Positions 8,647 through 17,255 of a stretch of DNA of 64,000 nucleotides are shown in pieces. Under the pieces are notes generated by a model that was not told the origin of the DNA, ran no database searches, and worked only from the letters and a program-made list of their open reading frames with translations. Position numbers and translations under genes: made by a program. Source of the DNA: an uncultured Brevibacillus sp. (GTDB lineage: Bacteria > Bacillota > Bacilli > Brevibacillales > Brevibacillaceae); assembly GCF_947502445.1 (NCBI RefSeq), contig NZ_CANMZW010000021.1, forward strand, positions 14,823 through 78,822. Direction: 5' to 3'. Numbering within the stretch: the first letter of the stretch is position 1; each line of letters starts with the position of its first letter.

Positions 8647-8710
8647 AATGTAAAATAAACTATACATAATGTATTTAAAACTATTCTTTTTATCAACTTT
8701 ATTTTACATT
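8647..8710. promoter_or_regulatory. 13-bp perfect inverted repeat, likely Xre operator
   Basis: AATGTAAAATAAA (8647-8659) / TTTATTTTACATT (8698-8710) in the promoter of the membrane protein-Xre operon. Confidence 0.55.
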
Positions 8711-8770
8711 AGGCTGTACACTAGGTAGGGCGCTGCACGGTGAATCGTGCTATAAATAACAGGTACGTTG

Positions 8771-8797
8771 CTGAACTAACGGGCTCGACAGTTGAAA
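8771..8797 (+). repeat. Putative site S11
   Basis: CTGAACTAACGGGCTCGACAGTTGAAA, followed by a hairpin. Confidence 0.7.
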
Positions 8798-8812
8798 AAG
8801 ATAGACAAAGAA

Positions 8813-8837
8813 AGAGCCATCCCGTAAGGATGGCTCT
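8813..8837. terminator. Hairpin after S11
   Basis: AGAGCCATCC-CGTAA-GGATGGCTCT. Confidence 0.6.
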
Positions 8838-9014
8838 AAAACTTGCCGTTACTGACAGCGCGGAGAAGTCTACCACAAGTAATGGGTCATTTTGATCTTA
8901 ATGATTCTCATAGCTAACACCTACCGCAATTTACCCAATATTCCCCAATTCGTGATATGATTTTAAAGACAAGCGAATAAGCTTTAATAGAAAGGGATAT
9001 TAGGAGGGCGGCCA

Positions 9015-10883
9015 GTGGAATTCATTAAATTAAATTGTCCCAATTGTCAGGGGGACATTGAATATAAAGAAGGGAAGAAGTTCAAATGCCTGTATTGTGG
9101 AACTGAATTATTGTTGAAGGAGAATAACGTCTATTATGTTGACCAGACGATTAATCATTATTATGGAACCGCCCCTGCACAGGCACGACCAAAATCGAAC
9201 TCAAAGATCCTTCTTTTGCCGCTCATCATCATTTGTGTAGTAGTTGGATATTTCTTTTTGACCAACAATCAAACAGAGTACAGCATCCAAAAAGAGGTAC
9301 CTGTTCGAACGATGCCTGAAAGCGAAGTTCTCCTATTTTTCCTAAAGGATATTTTTGATAAAGGGGCAGCGATGCCAACAGAAGAGGAAATCGCAACGAT
9401 CCGCTATTTGTCTGCTTATCGTGAAAACGATCAGTGGCACATCGGCTACAGCTTTGATGATCCGTTTACGAATGAGCAAACTGAAATCTCCAACTATGTG
9501 ATTACGGATAAGCTATTGAATACACAAAGAATCGAACAAAAAGACTTTGAGGCATTTAGCGGGCTATCAGTGTTAAAACTGATGAATGAATACGACATTT
9601 CAAAAAGTGACCGAGTCAGCTTTCGACACTTACAAGGGTTGAAAAGCTATACAGGCGGCTTTAACGAATCATTTAGTTCGTTTGCACATTATTTTGGCGA
9701 TAAAGCAAAAATCGTAGAACTTTCCACACAAATTCGAAGTAATGAGGAAATGGCTTTATTATTACAGTTCCCGAATCTGCAGTCGCTTGAAATTTCGTAT
9801 GTCGATGAGTCTGTTACCAACTTCCATATCCTGAATCAGCTGTCATCATTAAAATCATTGTCTTTAACAATGATTAATGATTTGAAGTGGCTGTCTTCAT
9901 TAACTGGTTTAACGTCATTAACACTCGATAATAGTGATGCGACAGATTTCAGTTCGTTTTATGCGCTAAGTCAATTGCAAAAGTTAAAGCTTACGTTAGT
10001 GAGAAATTTAAAAACACTTGATTTTGTACAAAATATGCCAAACCTGCAGTCGCTTGATCTTGAAAATCTTGACATTACGAATTTAGAACTCCTGAGAAAT
10101 AAGCCATCATTGACGAAGCTGCGGTTAGCTTCTCTCTATCAAGTCGATTCTTTGGAGGTTGTGAATAGTCTGCCTTCCCTGACCGAATTGTCAATAACGG
10201 GTTTCGGTGGCACTGTATCACCGATCACAGCGCCAAATTTAAAGCAAGCGGAACTAAAAGACTCATTATTGCCAAAGTTAAAGGCGCCCGCTTTAAAATC
10301 GTTAACAGTTTACATACGCGGGTCGAGTGATAATCTGGATGGGGCAGATTTAGTGAAGTTTCCCCAGTTGGAACAGCTTTCAGTGATGGAGCGTGGAGAA
10401 GTTGTAGGCATTCGTTCTTTAAACCGTCTGCCGAATTTGCAAACATTAAATTTGGATGAGACGGCCTTCTACAGTGAAACGAGTGCATTATTCAATTTGC
10501 AGCATGTAAAAACGTTAAATTGCAATAAATGTTCGTTTCAATTAAATAGTGAGAAGCCTTTTGCGAATCATACGCTGGAACATTTAACGTTGAATAACCC
10601 ATCTTTTCGCGTAGGCAATGGAGAGTGGCTGCATGAAACAGATAAGATGATGCCTTACTTTGCTGATTTTACGGCTCTGCGTTCATTTACGATGCAGGAC
10701 ACCTCGCTTGGGTATTTAAGTTTTATGAAAAATTGGCAGCAAATTGAGGAGCTTCATTTGGAAAATAACGCGATTTCCAATATAGAGCCTTTACTGAAGC
10801 TGCCCAATTTAAAGAAGCTATATATTTTGGGGAATCAAGTGCAAAACAAATCTGTTGTTGGCAAGGGAGTTTTGATTTATTGA
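9015..10883 (+). CDS. Leucine-rich-repeat membrane protein with N-terminal zinc ribbon
   Basis: CPNC..CLYC, one TM helix (ILLLPLIIICVVVGYFFL), many LxxLxxLxL repeats; GTG start after GGAGGG. Confidence 0.85.
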   Translation: MEFIKLNCPNCQGDIEYKEGKKFKCLYCGTELLLKENNVYYVDQTINHYYGTAPAQARPKSNSKILLLPLIIICVVVGYFFLTNNQTEYSIQKEVPVRTMPESEVLLFFLKDIFDKGAAMPTEEEIATIRYLSAYRENDQWHIGYSFDDPFTNEQTEISNYVITDKLLNTQRIEQKDFEAFSGLSVLKLMNEYDISKSDRVSFRHLQGLKSYTGGFNESFSSFAHYFGDKAKIVELSTQIRSNEEMALLLQFPNLQSLEISYVDESVTNFHILNQLSSLKSLSLTMINDLKWLSSLTGLTSLTLDNSDATDFSSFYALSQLQKLKLTLVRNLKTLDFVQNMPNLQSLDLENLDITNLELLRNKPSLTKLRLASLYQVDSLEVVNSLPSLTELSITGFGGTVSPITAPNLKQAELKDSLLPKLKAPALKSLTVYIRGSSDNLDGADLVKFPQLEQLSVMERGEVVGIRSLNRLPNLQTLNLDETAFYSETSALFNLQHVKTLNCNKCSFQLNSEKPFANHTLEHLTLNNPSFRVGNGEWLHETDKMMPYFADFTALRSFTMQDTSLGYLSFMKNWQQIEELHLENNAISNIEPLLKLPNLKKLYILGNQVQNKSVVGKGVLIY

Positions 10884-11073
10884 GGTAAGGCTGGCAAAAA
10901 GCTCAAGTTCCATATGACTAGTAGAACGCTTCTGAAATAACGTTCATGTTCAACTATCACCTATAAGGGAGGATTATGCTCACATAGATCGACAACAAGT
11001 TCATTGGGAATTGGCGAATCGTTTTCGATGAAGAGGCCTAGGCCTTATTATGAATTGAGGGGGAGCTTGTTTC

Positions 11074-11910
11074 ATGCTTAAGTGGGATAGCGATATATGG
11101 GGAAAGCTGACAGGACCGTACAGTTCCGCAGACAACGTACCGGTGTTATTGCAGCAATTAATGCGGCAATACAGCCAGGAAATTTTTGACGACCTTTTTC
11201 AGGAGCACTTGTTCCATCAAAATACGATATATACAGCTACATATGCGGCAATGCCGTTTTTGGCACAAATAGCGTGTTCTACATCTGATGCAGAAGTGCG
11301 CAAAGAGCTGTTTATCAATTGCGGGGTAATCGAGGCAAGCCGTGACGAGCGCGATGGGGACCCATTTCCAGAATCTTGGGCTGAGCTGGTTGAAGAGGCA
11401 GGCAGCTCTGTCTGTACTGAATTGTATCGTGAATATTTAGAGGCGATCGGGAAGCTCAAGACGCTTACAAAGGAAGTATTCTCCTATGCAGCTGATGCTT
11501 CTATCGATGAGATGGAGAAACGTTATATTCTTGTCGCGGATGCCGCTTATCGGGGGTCGCATAGTGTTGCCAATATGCTGATGACTTTTATGAACGGTGA
11601 TGAGTATGTTGCTGTTTGTCCGGCTTGCACAGAAGATGTATTCATCTGGCCTCATGAAGATAATTCTGCAGAAATCCTTCAAGCCTTTGAAGAAGATCCC
11701 GTCTTTCACACTGACCAGGAAGCCCATATAATCGTTCCGGTCACGTCATTTGCAGATGAAGAAGTACGAGCATTAGCAGAGCGGGCGGAAGCGATCGGGG
11801 AGCAAACATTGGTTAGGCATCTGTATTATTTAGCGGGGGAAACAGTATGTCCATCCTGCCGTGAAAAAATTTCTGTTTGGCCGTCTTTACTTAGCACATT
11901 TACAATGTAG
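11074..11910 (+). CDS. Hypothetical protein with two CxxC pairs
   Basis: 278 aa ORF with RBS GGGAG; CPAC and CPSC; helical N-terminus with HQNTIYTATYAAMP. Confidence 0.75.
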   Translation: MLKWDSDIWGKLTGPYSSADNVPVLLQQLMRQYSQEIFDDLFQEHLFHQNTIYTATYAAMPFLAQIACSTSDAEVRKELFINCGVIEASRDERDGDPFPESWAELVEEAGSSVCTELYREYLEAIGKLKTLTKEVFSYAADASIDEMEKRYILVADAAYRGSHSVANMLMTFMNGDEYVAVCPACTEDVFIWPHEDNSAEILQAFEEDPVFHTDQEAHIIVPVTSFADEEVRALAERAEAIGEQTLVRHLYYLAGETVCPSCREKISVWPSLLSTFTM

Positions 11911-12042
11911 GGAGCAATTTATGGTGGAAAGTTAGGGTTACAGAACTGAACTTGTTAAGATGCCAAAGTTGTTTTGGAGTGGGCTGTCTAGAATGGCGGT
12001 TTGACTGGGAAGGTCTTGGAAGGTTATCTGAAAGTATTTTGT

Positions 12043-12132
12043 ATATTTAAGGACTTGTACGGGAGCCTATGGGATTTGCTAGAGCTAAAAGATGATCATC
12101 CAATCTCCAGTAGGAAAAAGTTTAAGCCCTAG
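12043..12132 (+). pseudogene. C-terminal fragment of a VOC/glyoxalase gene
   Basis: Reads IFKDLYGSLWDLLELKDDHPISSRKKFKP*, the characteristic VOC C-terminus (F-x-D-L-Y-G-N-L-W-D-L); no intact 5' part. Confidence 0.55.
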
Positions 12133-12414
12133 ATTACCCTAAATCAATAGTTCCAGTCTTATAGTTTTCATAATGTCTGTTCCTTAACTTAAGTTCAATA
12201 ATAACCCCAGTATGCCGATAATTGGTCAATGCTGGGGTTGTTTTATTCTTGGGTCAGAATCTCTAAAAGCAAAAGGCGACAGTATTGTCTAACGATAAAA
12301 AGCATCTAATTTTAGTCAGAAAATTCCACCATTTCCTATAGTTAAGCTGACTAGTCCACGATTCTTCTCATGTCATACGATACTATAACGTTTATTACAA
12401 GGAGAGGGTATCGA

Positions 12415-14439
12415 ATGCCAAATGGTTGCAACCAAATCGCAAGCGGGCTGTGTTCCGAAGCGGAAGGGATAGACACCGTCGCGAGTGGTGAAGGTTCCCA
12501 CGCCGAGGGAGTTACCACCACAGCCAGCGGTAAAGGATCGCATGCGGAAGGATTCAAAACTTCGGCAAGCAATTTCGGCGCTCACGCAGAAGGGATCGGA
12601 GGAACTGCAAGCGGACTTGCGGCTCATGCGGAAGGATTCAACACGACAGCAAGTGGAGATGAGTCACATGCGGAAGGGAAAGGGACGGTCGCAAGCGGAC
12701 TAATTTCCCATACAGAGGGTCTCCTTACAACAGCAACGCAACTAGCAGCCCATGCGGAAGGGATGTCTACGGCGGCGAGAGGAATCGCTTCACATGCGGA
12801 AGGAGATAGCACACAGGCACAAGCGGATCATTCCCATGCCGAGGGTTTTTCTACTATCGCCAGTGGACTGAATTCTCATGCTGAAGGGGAAGGAAGCATT
12901 TCTAGTGGAAGAGCCTCCCACGCAGAGGGTGCTAGGACAATTGCCAGTGGACTTGCAGCCCATGCAGAGGGTAATAGGGCAATTGCCAGTGGATTTGCAG
13001 CCCATGCGGAGGGTCTTTTTACAGTTGCAAGCGGAAGTTTTTCTCATGCCGAGGGTTCTAATACAGAGGCCAGTGGAATAGCATCCCATGCGGAGGGATC
13101 TGGTACAGAGGCTAGTCAATTTGCATCACATGCGGAAGGCTCTGCGACCGAGGCTAGTGGAATAGCATCCCATGCGGAGGGTGAACTCACAGAAGCTAGT
13201 GGAAGGGCATCTCAAGCCGAAGGTGCTTCTTCAAACGCTATTGGATTTGCGGCGCATGCAGAGGGTAATTTCGCAGATGCCATCGGGAATTTCTCCCATG
13301 CGGAAGGTGATGGGACAGATGCCACTGGAATAGCGTCCCACGCAGAGGGCTCGGGCACAGTAGCAAGTGGAGATACGTCCCATGCGGAGGGTTTTCATTC
13401 AAATTCCATTGGATTTGCTGCGCATGCGGAGGGTAATTTCGCAGATGCCATCGGGAATTTCTCCCATGCGGAGGGTGATGGGACAGATGCTACTGGAATC
13501 GCATCCCACGCGGAGGGTTCTGGTACAGTGGCGAGTGGAGTTGTGTCGCATACGGAGGGGTTTCACACTGTGGCCAGCGCATTTGCGTCCCATGCAGAGG
13601 GTTCTGAGACAGAGGCCAGTGCATTTGCATCCCATGCAGAGGGTTCTAACACCCTTGCAGATGGAAACTTCTCGCATACGGAAGGTTTGGGTACTTGCGC
13701 TGGTACACTTGGAGGAGTGCATGTGATGGGGGTTAACGGCGCTCCCAACCTTGCAGCGGGAGATCTGCCGTTTTCCTGGTACCTCGTTAATGGAGCAGCT
13801 CCGTGTGACATTACAGGCGTCAAAGCCAAAATTTTAAATAACGGCAGTGCATGTTTCGACTCGACCGTCACGGCATCAGCATTCATCGTAGCCGTCGGAG
13901 CTTGCGATTTTGCCGAGATGTTTGAGACGGCGGATGGCCAGCCGATTGATGTAGGTTATTTTGTAACCTTTGACGGAGAAAGTGAGACCATCCGGAAGGC
14001 TACTTCCAGCGACAACTATATCCTGGGAGTGACCAGCTCCAATCCGGCGATTTTGGCGGATGTGGAAGATCCGGGGTGCAGCAAGTTTGTTCTCGATGAA
14101 TGGAGTCGGATTCAATACCACGAGGTCGTGATTCCGGCAGTAACCGATCGGGAAGGAAATATCCTCATTCCCGAGCGAACCGAGCAGAGACCCGTAATCA
14201 ATCCGTACTGGGATCCGAACCGGAAGTGTAAAACGCGGAAAGATATGCCCAACTGGGTGGCGGTCGGCCTCATCGGTAAATTGCTTCTTCGCGACGATGG
14301 AACATGCCGGGCGGGGGGATATTGCAAGCCAAATGACGAAGGAATGGCGACGGCTTCGGGTACAGGTACAGGTTATCGGGTAATGAAACGGACAGGAGAG
14401 AATCAAATTTTGATATTGCTTAATGGGAACTGGGTATAG
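12415..14439 (+). CDS. Repeat adhesin/tailspike-like protein with C-terminal peptidase G2-type autocleavage chaperone domain
   Basis: 30 copies of a 14-aa unit (xxASGxxSHAEG); C-terminal DFAEMFET..GYFVT..IRKA..ILGVTSSNPA..VGLIGKLLLRDDGTC; ATG 12415 after GGAGAGG. Confidence 0.85.
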   Translation: MPNGCNQIASGLCSEAEGIDTVASGEGSHAEGVTTTASGKGSHAEGFKTSASNFGAHAEGIGGTASGLAAHAEGFNTTASGDESHAEGKGTVASGLISHTEGLLTTATQLAAHAEGMSTAARGIASHAEGDSTQAQADHSHAEGFSTIASGLNSHAEGEGSISSGRASHAEGARTIASGLAAHAEGNRAIASGFAAHAEGLFTVASGSFSHAEGSNTEASGIASHAEGSGTEASQFASHAEGSATEASGIASHAEGELTEASGRASQAEGASSNAIGFAAHAEGNFADAIGNFSHAEGDGTDATGIASHAEGSGTVASGDTSHAEGFHSNSIGFAAHAEGNFADAIGNFSHAEGDGTDATGIASHAEGSGTVASGVVSHTEGFHTVASAFASHAEGSETEASAFASHAEGSNTLADGNFSHTEGLGTCAGTLGGVHVMGVNGAPNLAAGDLPFSWYLVNGAAPCDITGVKAKILNNGSACFDSTVTASAFIVAVGACDFAEMFETADGQPIDVGYFVTFDGESETIRKATSSDNYILGVTSSNPAILADVEDPGCSKFVLDEWSRIQYHEVVIPAVTDREGNILIPERTEQRPVINPYWDPNRKCKTRKDMPNWVAVGLIGKLLLRDDGTCRAGGYCKPNDEGMATASGTGTGYRVMKRTGENQILILLNGNWV

Positions 14440-14467
14440 AGGAATATTCTGATAGGGAGATGGAAAG

Positions 14468-14644
14468 ATGAGTTCTCAAGAGAGACGCTTAGAACGGATC
14501 GAGAAGAATAAAAAGAAGATCTCCAAACTGGAAGTGAGACTGGGAGAGATTCCAGAACCTTTGAGAGAACAACAGATGAAAATGATCGACATGATGAAGA
14601 GCAGAATCGAAATGATCGAGAATGATATTCGTAAAACAGAATAG
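14468..14644 (+). CDS. Small charged coiled-coil protein, 58 aa (not in ORF track)
   Basis: RBS GGGAG; MSSQERRLERIEKNKKKISKLEVRLGEIPEPLREQQMKMIDMMKSRIEMIENDIRKTE*. Confidence 0.6.
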   Translation: MSSQERRLERIEKNKKKISKLEVRLGEIPEPLREQQMKMIDMMKSRIEMIENDIRKTE

Positions 14645-14702
14645 CGATTGTAAGGTATGTTATGCTCCCTTTTAAGTAGATAGGGATAAAAAATAGGTTT
14701 CG

Positions 14703-14755
14703 AATCCTGTTATGACAAACCATCGTCATAACAGGATTTTTTATTTCAGTTTCTA
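14703..14755 (+). terminator. Rho-independent terminator
   Basis: AATCCTGTTATGAC-loop-GTCATAACAGGATT then T run. Confidence 0.75.
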
Positions 14756-14908
14756 TGAGCAGGTTTTCATAGAAAATAAAATTTTAGACTGGCGATGAGG
14801 TATTACGCTCATGGACAGGACCACCGCAAATGAGATTTCCAGATTCGTCGATACTGGAAGCGAGGCTCGGATCAAGAATGTCATTGCAATCGGAAGTTGA
14901 ATCATTTA

Positions 14909-14931
14909 TTATGGACACTACAGGTCTATAA
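14909..14931. promoter_or_regulatory. Probable Rrf2 operator 1
   Basis: TTATGGAC-N7-GTCTATAA, 7/8 palindrome, upstream of the Rrf2 gene. Confidence 0.6.
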
Positions 14932-14963
14932 TAATGATGTTGTTGAGAAGGGAGGAGGGGAAC

Positions 14964-15449
14964 TTGCAGTTCTCTAAAAGTACAGATTATGCCCTACACG
15001 CTTTACTTCATCTGGGAAACTCGGAGCGTTGCAACAATGTAGGGATCAAGGAATTAGCTTCCACACTCGGTGTTTCTGAAAGCTATTTATCCAAAATCAT
15101 GTCCAAGTTGAGGCAGGACGGACTCGTACGTGCTGTGCCAGGGGTGAACGGCGGTTACGAGCTTTCCAGATCAACTGAACAAATTACGTTTCTTGATGTG
15201 ATTCAAGTAATTGAAGGAAGACAAAAGTTGTTCGAATGCTCCAATACGGATTCGCAGCAGCATCGGTTGTTAGCGGAAGAGGAGACTGCCGGGCGGGATC
15301 AGGAGCGTTCAGGAAAGTGCGAATGCTTGGTCCAGAAAGTGATGGAGGGTGCGGAACAGCATCTGCACCAATACTTGCGGGAACACACGATCCAGTCGGT
15401 ACTGGATGAGGCTTTCAAGCATGGGAACCATGAGACAAACAAGAAGTAA
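14964..15449 (+). CDS. Rrf2 family transcriptional regulator
   Basis: FSKSTDYALHAL, SESYLSKIMSKL, GVNGGYEL; TTG start after GGAGG. Confidence 0.9.
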   Translation: MQFSKSTDYALHALLHLGNSERCNNVGIKELASTLGVSESYLSKIMSKLRQDGLVRAVPGVNGGYELSRSTEQITFLDVIQVIEGRQKLFECSNTDSQQHRLLAEEETAGRDQERSGKCECLVQKVMEGAEQHLHQYLREHTIQSVLDEAFKHGNHETNKK

Positions 15450-15468
15450 TACACTTCTTGTGCTTTAA

Positions 15469-15491
15469 TTATGGATATAATAGATCTATAT
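15469..15491. promoter_or_regulatory. Probable Rrf2 operator 2
   Basis: TTATGGAT-N7-ATCTATAT, same layout as operator 1, upstream of the oxidoreductase. Confidence 0.55.
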
Positions 15492-15506
15492 AAGGATGTG
15501 CTATTG

Positions 15507-16424
15507 ATGGAAAAACAACGCTTCGATGTAGCGATTATTGGAGGCGGACCGGCTGGGTTGAACGCCGCTCTGGTGCTTGGGAGAGCAAGGAAAAAGGTGG
15601 CGGTGATCGACGAAGGCCGTCCCCGCAACGCTGTGACTCGCGAGGTCCACGGGTTTCTTACTCGCGACGGGATCAGTCCGAGCGAGTTTCGGCGAATTGC
15701 AAAGGAAGAGATCAGCGCTTATCCCTCCGTATCATTTGTGGGGGATACGGCGGTGTCGATCGTGGGAACCGACGGCCAGTTTCAAATTGAGACTGAGCAA
15801 GGACAAACCTTTGCAAGCAAAAAAGTATTGTTTACTGTTGGCATGAAGGATCGGCCGTTGGACATTCCGGGATTGGCTGAGGTATACGGAAAAAGTGCTT
15901 TCGTCTGCCCGTATTGCGATGGCTGGGAGTTGAGAGATCAGCCGCTTGTCATCATTACGAAGGGGGCTGAGCTTATGCATTTCGCTCCGATCATATCCGG
16001 ATGGACGAACCGTTTTACCGTCTGCACGAATGGCCCTGATGAACTGACGGATGCCGAGCGCGAGGAGCTTCAGCGGAATCAAGTGCCTTTGTTTGACTCG
16101 CCGATCCGGCACATCGACTCTAGCCATGGGATCGTTCAGCAAGTCGTTCTTGAAGACGGGACGATTGTTCCATGCAGGGGGATCTTTTTCAAACCGGAGC
16201 TGGTTACGGGATCGGATTTGCCGCGAACGATCGGATGCCAGATCACGGAAGCGGGGGAGATTGTCGTCGATGACTTCGGAAAAACGAACATTCCGGGTGT
16301 CTATAGTGCCGGGGATGCAACCTCACGAATGCATCAGGCGATAGCTGCGGCATCGAGGGGCGCACTCGTCTCCGCGATGATCAATAATGAGTTAAATACA
16401 GAGGCTTGGCGGAGAAACGGATAG
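15507..16424 (+). CDS. NAD(P)/FAD-dependent oxidoreductase, thioredoxin-reductase-like
   Basis: GGGPAG, CPYC, TNIPGVYSAGD motifs. Confidence 0.9.
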   Translation: MEKQRFDVAIIGGGPAGLNAALVLGRARKKVAVIDEGRPRNAVTREVHGFLTRDGISPSEFRRIAKEEISAYPSVSFVGDTAVSIVGTDGQFQIETEQGQTFASKKVLFTVGMKDRPLDIPGLAEVYGKSAFVCPYCDGWELRDQPLVIITKGAELMHFAPIISGWTNRFTVCTNGPDELTDAEREELQRNQVPLFDSPIRHIDSSHGIVQQVVLEDGTIVPCRGIFFKPELVTGSDLPRTIGCQITEAGEIVVDDFGKTNIPGVYSAGDATSRMHQAIAAASRGALVSAMINNELNTEAWRRNG

Positions 16425-16453
16425 ATTTTATTAAGGCAGAATGGGAGGTACTA

Positions 16454-17056
16454 GTGGGAAATACGGATAAGTTTGAAATGATAGCAAATAGATACGACAC
16501 TCCGGAAAGAATCCATATTGCAAAGGTATCAGCTAATGCCATTCGTGAATATGTAGTTGACGCTACGAGCAAGAACGCGATTGATTTTGGGTGTGGAACG
16601 GGTCTTGTCGGAATGAACTTGCTAAATGATTTTCATTCTGTGCTTTTCCTGGATACTTCACAAAACATGATTAATCAAATAAAGCTAAAAATTTCCGATT
16701 TTGCTATTCAGAATGTAGATACATTATGCTTTGATTTTGAAAAGGAAGCTCTATCAGATTTACATGTAGACTATATTTTTATGGCTCAGGCTCTACTCCA
16801 CATTCATGATGTTGAATTCGTTTTATCAAGATTGCTTGATGTGCTAAATGAAGGCGGACATTTACTAATCGTAGATTTTGATAAAAATGAAAAAGTAGTT
16901 TCAGATATCGTTCATAACGGGTTTGATCAAGTAGAGCTAACGGACATAATGACGAAAATAGGGTACAGGAATATTCAATCCAAAACTTTTTATAACGGAA
17001 GTAAAATATTCATGGGATATGATGCATCTATGTTTATACTTGATTCTCAAAAATAA
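16454..17056 (+). CDS. Class I SAM-dependent methyltransferase
   Basis: AIDFGCGTG; GTG start after GGGAGG; AT-rich relative to upstream gene. Confidence 0.85.
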   Translation: MGNTDKFEMIANRYDTPERIHIAKVSANAIREYVVDATSKNAIDFGCGTGLVGMNLLNDFHSVLFLDTSQNMINQIKLKISDFAIQNVDTLCFDFEKEALSDLHVDYIFMAQALLHIHDVEFVLSRLLDVLNEGGHLLIVDFDKNEKVVSDIVHNGFDQVELTDIMTKIGYRNIQSKTFYNGSKIFMGYDASMFILDSQK

Positions 17057-17255
17057 ACGCAGCAATTGTCGAGGTTGTTAAACCTGAGCGAATCGTCATG
17101 GTAGGGTTCTCATCTTCCTCCGACCTATCAGTATAGAAATTGAAGCGTCTACAGGAAACGTGGTAGAATTTCTCATGGGATCGTATACCATTTTTAGGTT
17201 TAATCAACAGGTGTGCTTAGCTACATAACGATTGTATTGGAGTTGAGATAAGACT

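Noticed and set aside
151-8797. Boundary repeats as a CRISPR array or classical attC sites
   Set aside because: Spacing is irregular and gene-sized, copies are degenerate, and no cas genes are present. They are too short and lack the long R-L-L-R hairpin of attC.
8908-8930. ATAGCTAACACCTACCGC as another recombination site
   Set aside because: Only the left arm matches; no right arm.
10932-10956. TGAAATAACGTTCATGTTCAAC as a site or LexA box
   Set aside because: Fits neither the TA-N10-TAG spacing nor GAAC-N4-GTTC.
12415-14644. Prophage remnant
   Set aside because: No other phage structural, lysis or replication genes nearby; only the single fibre-like gene.
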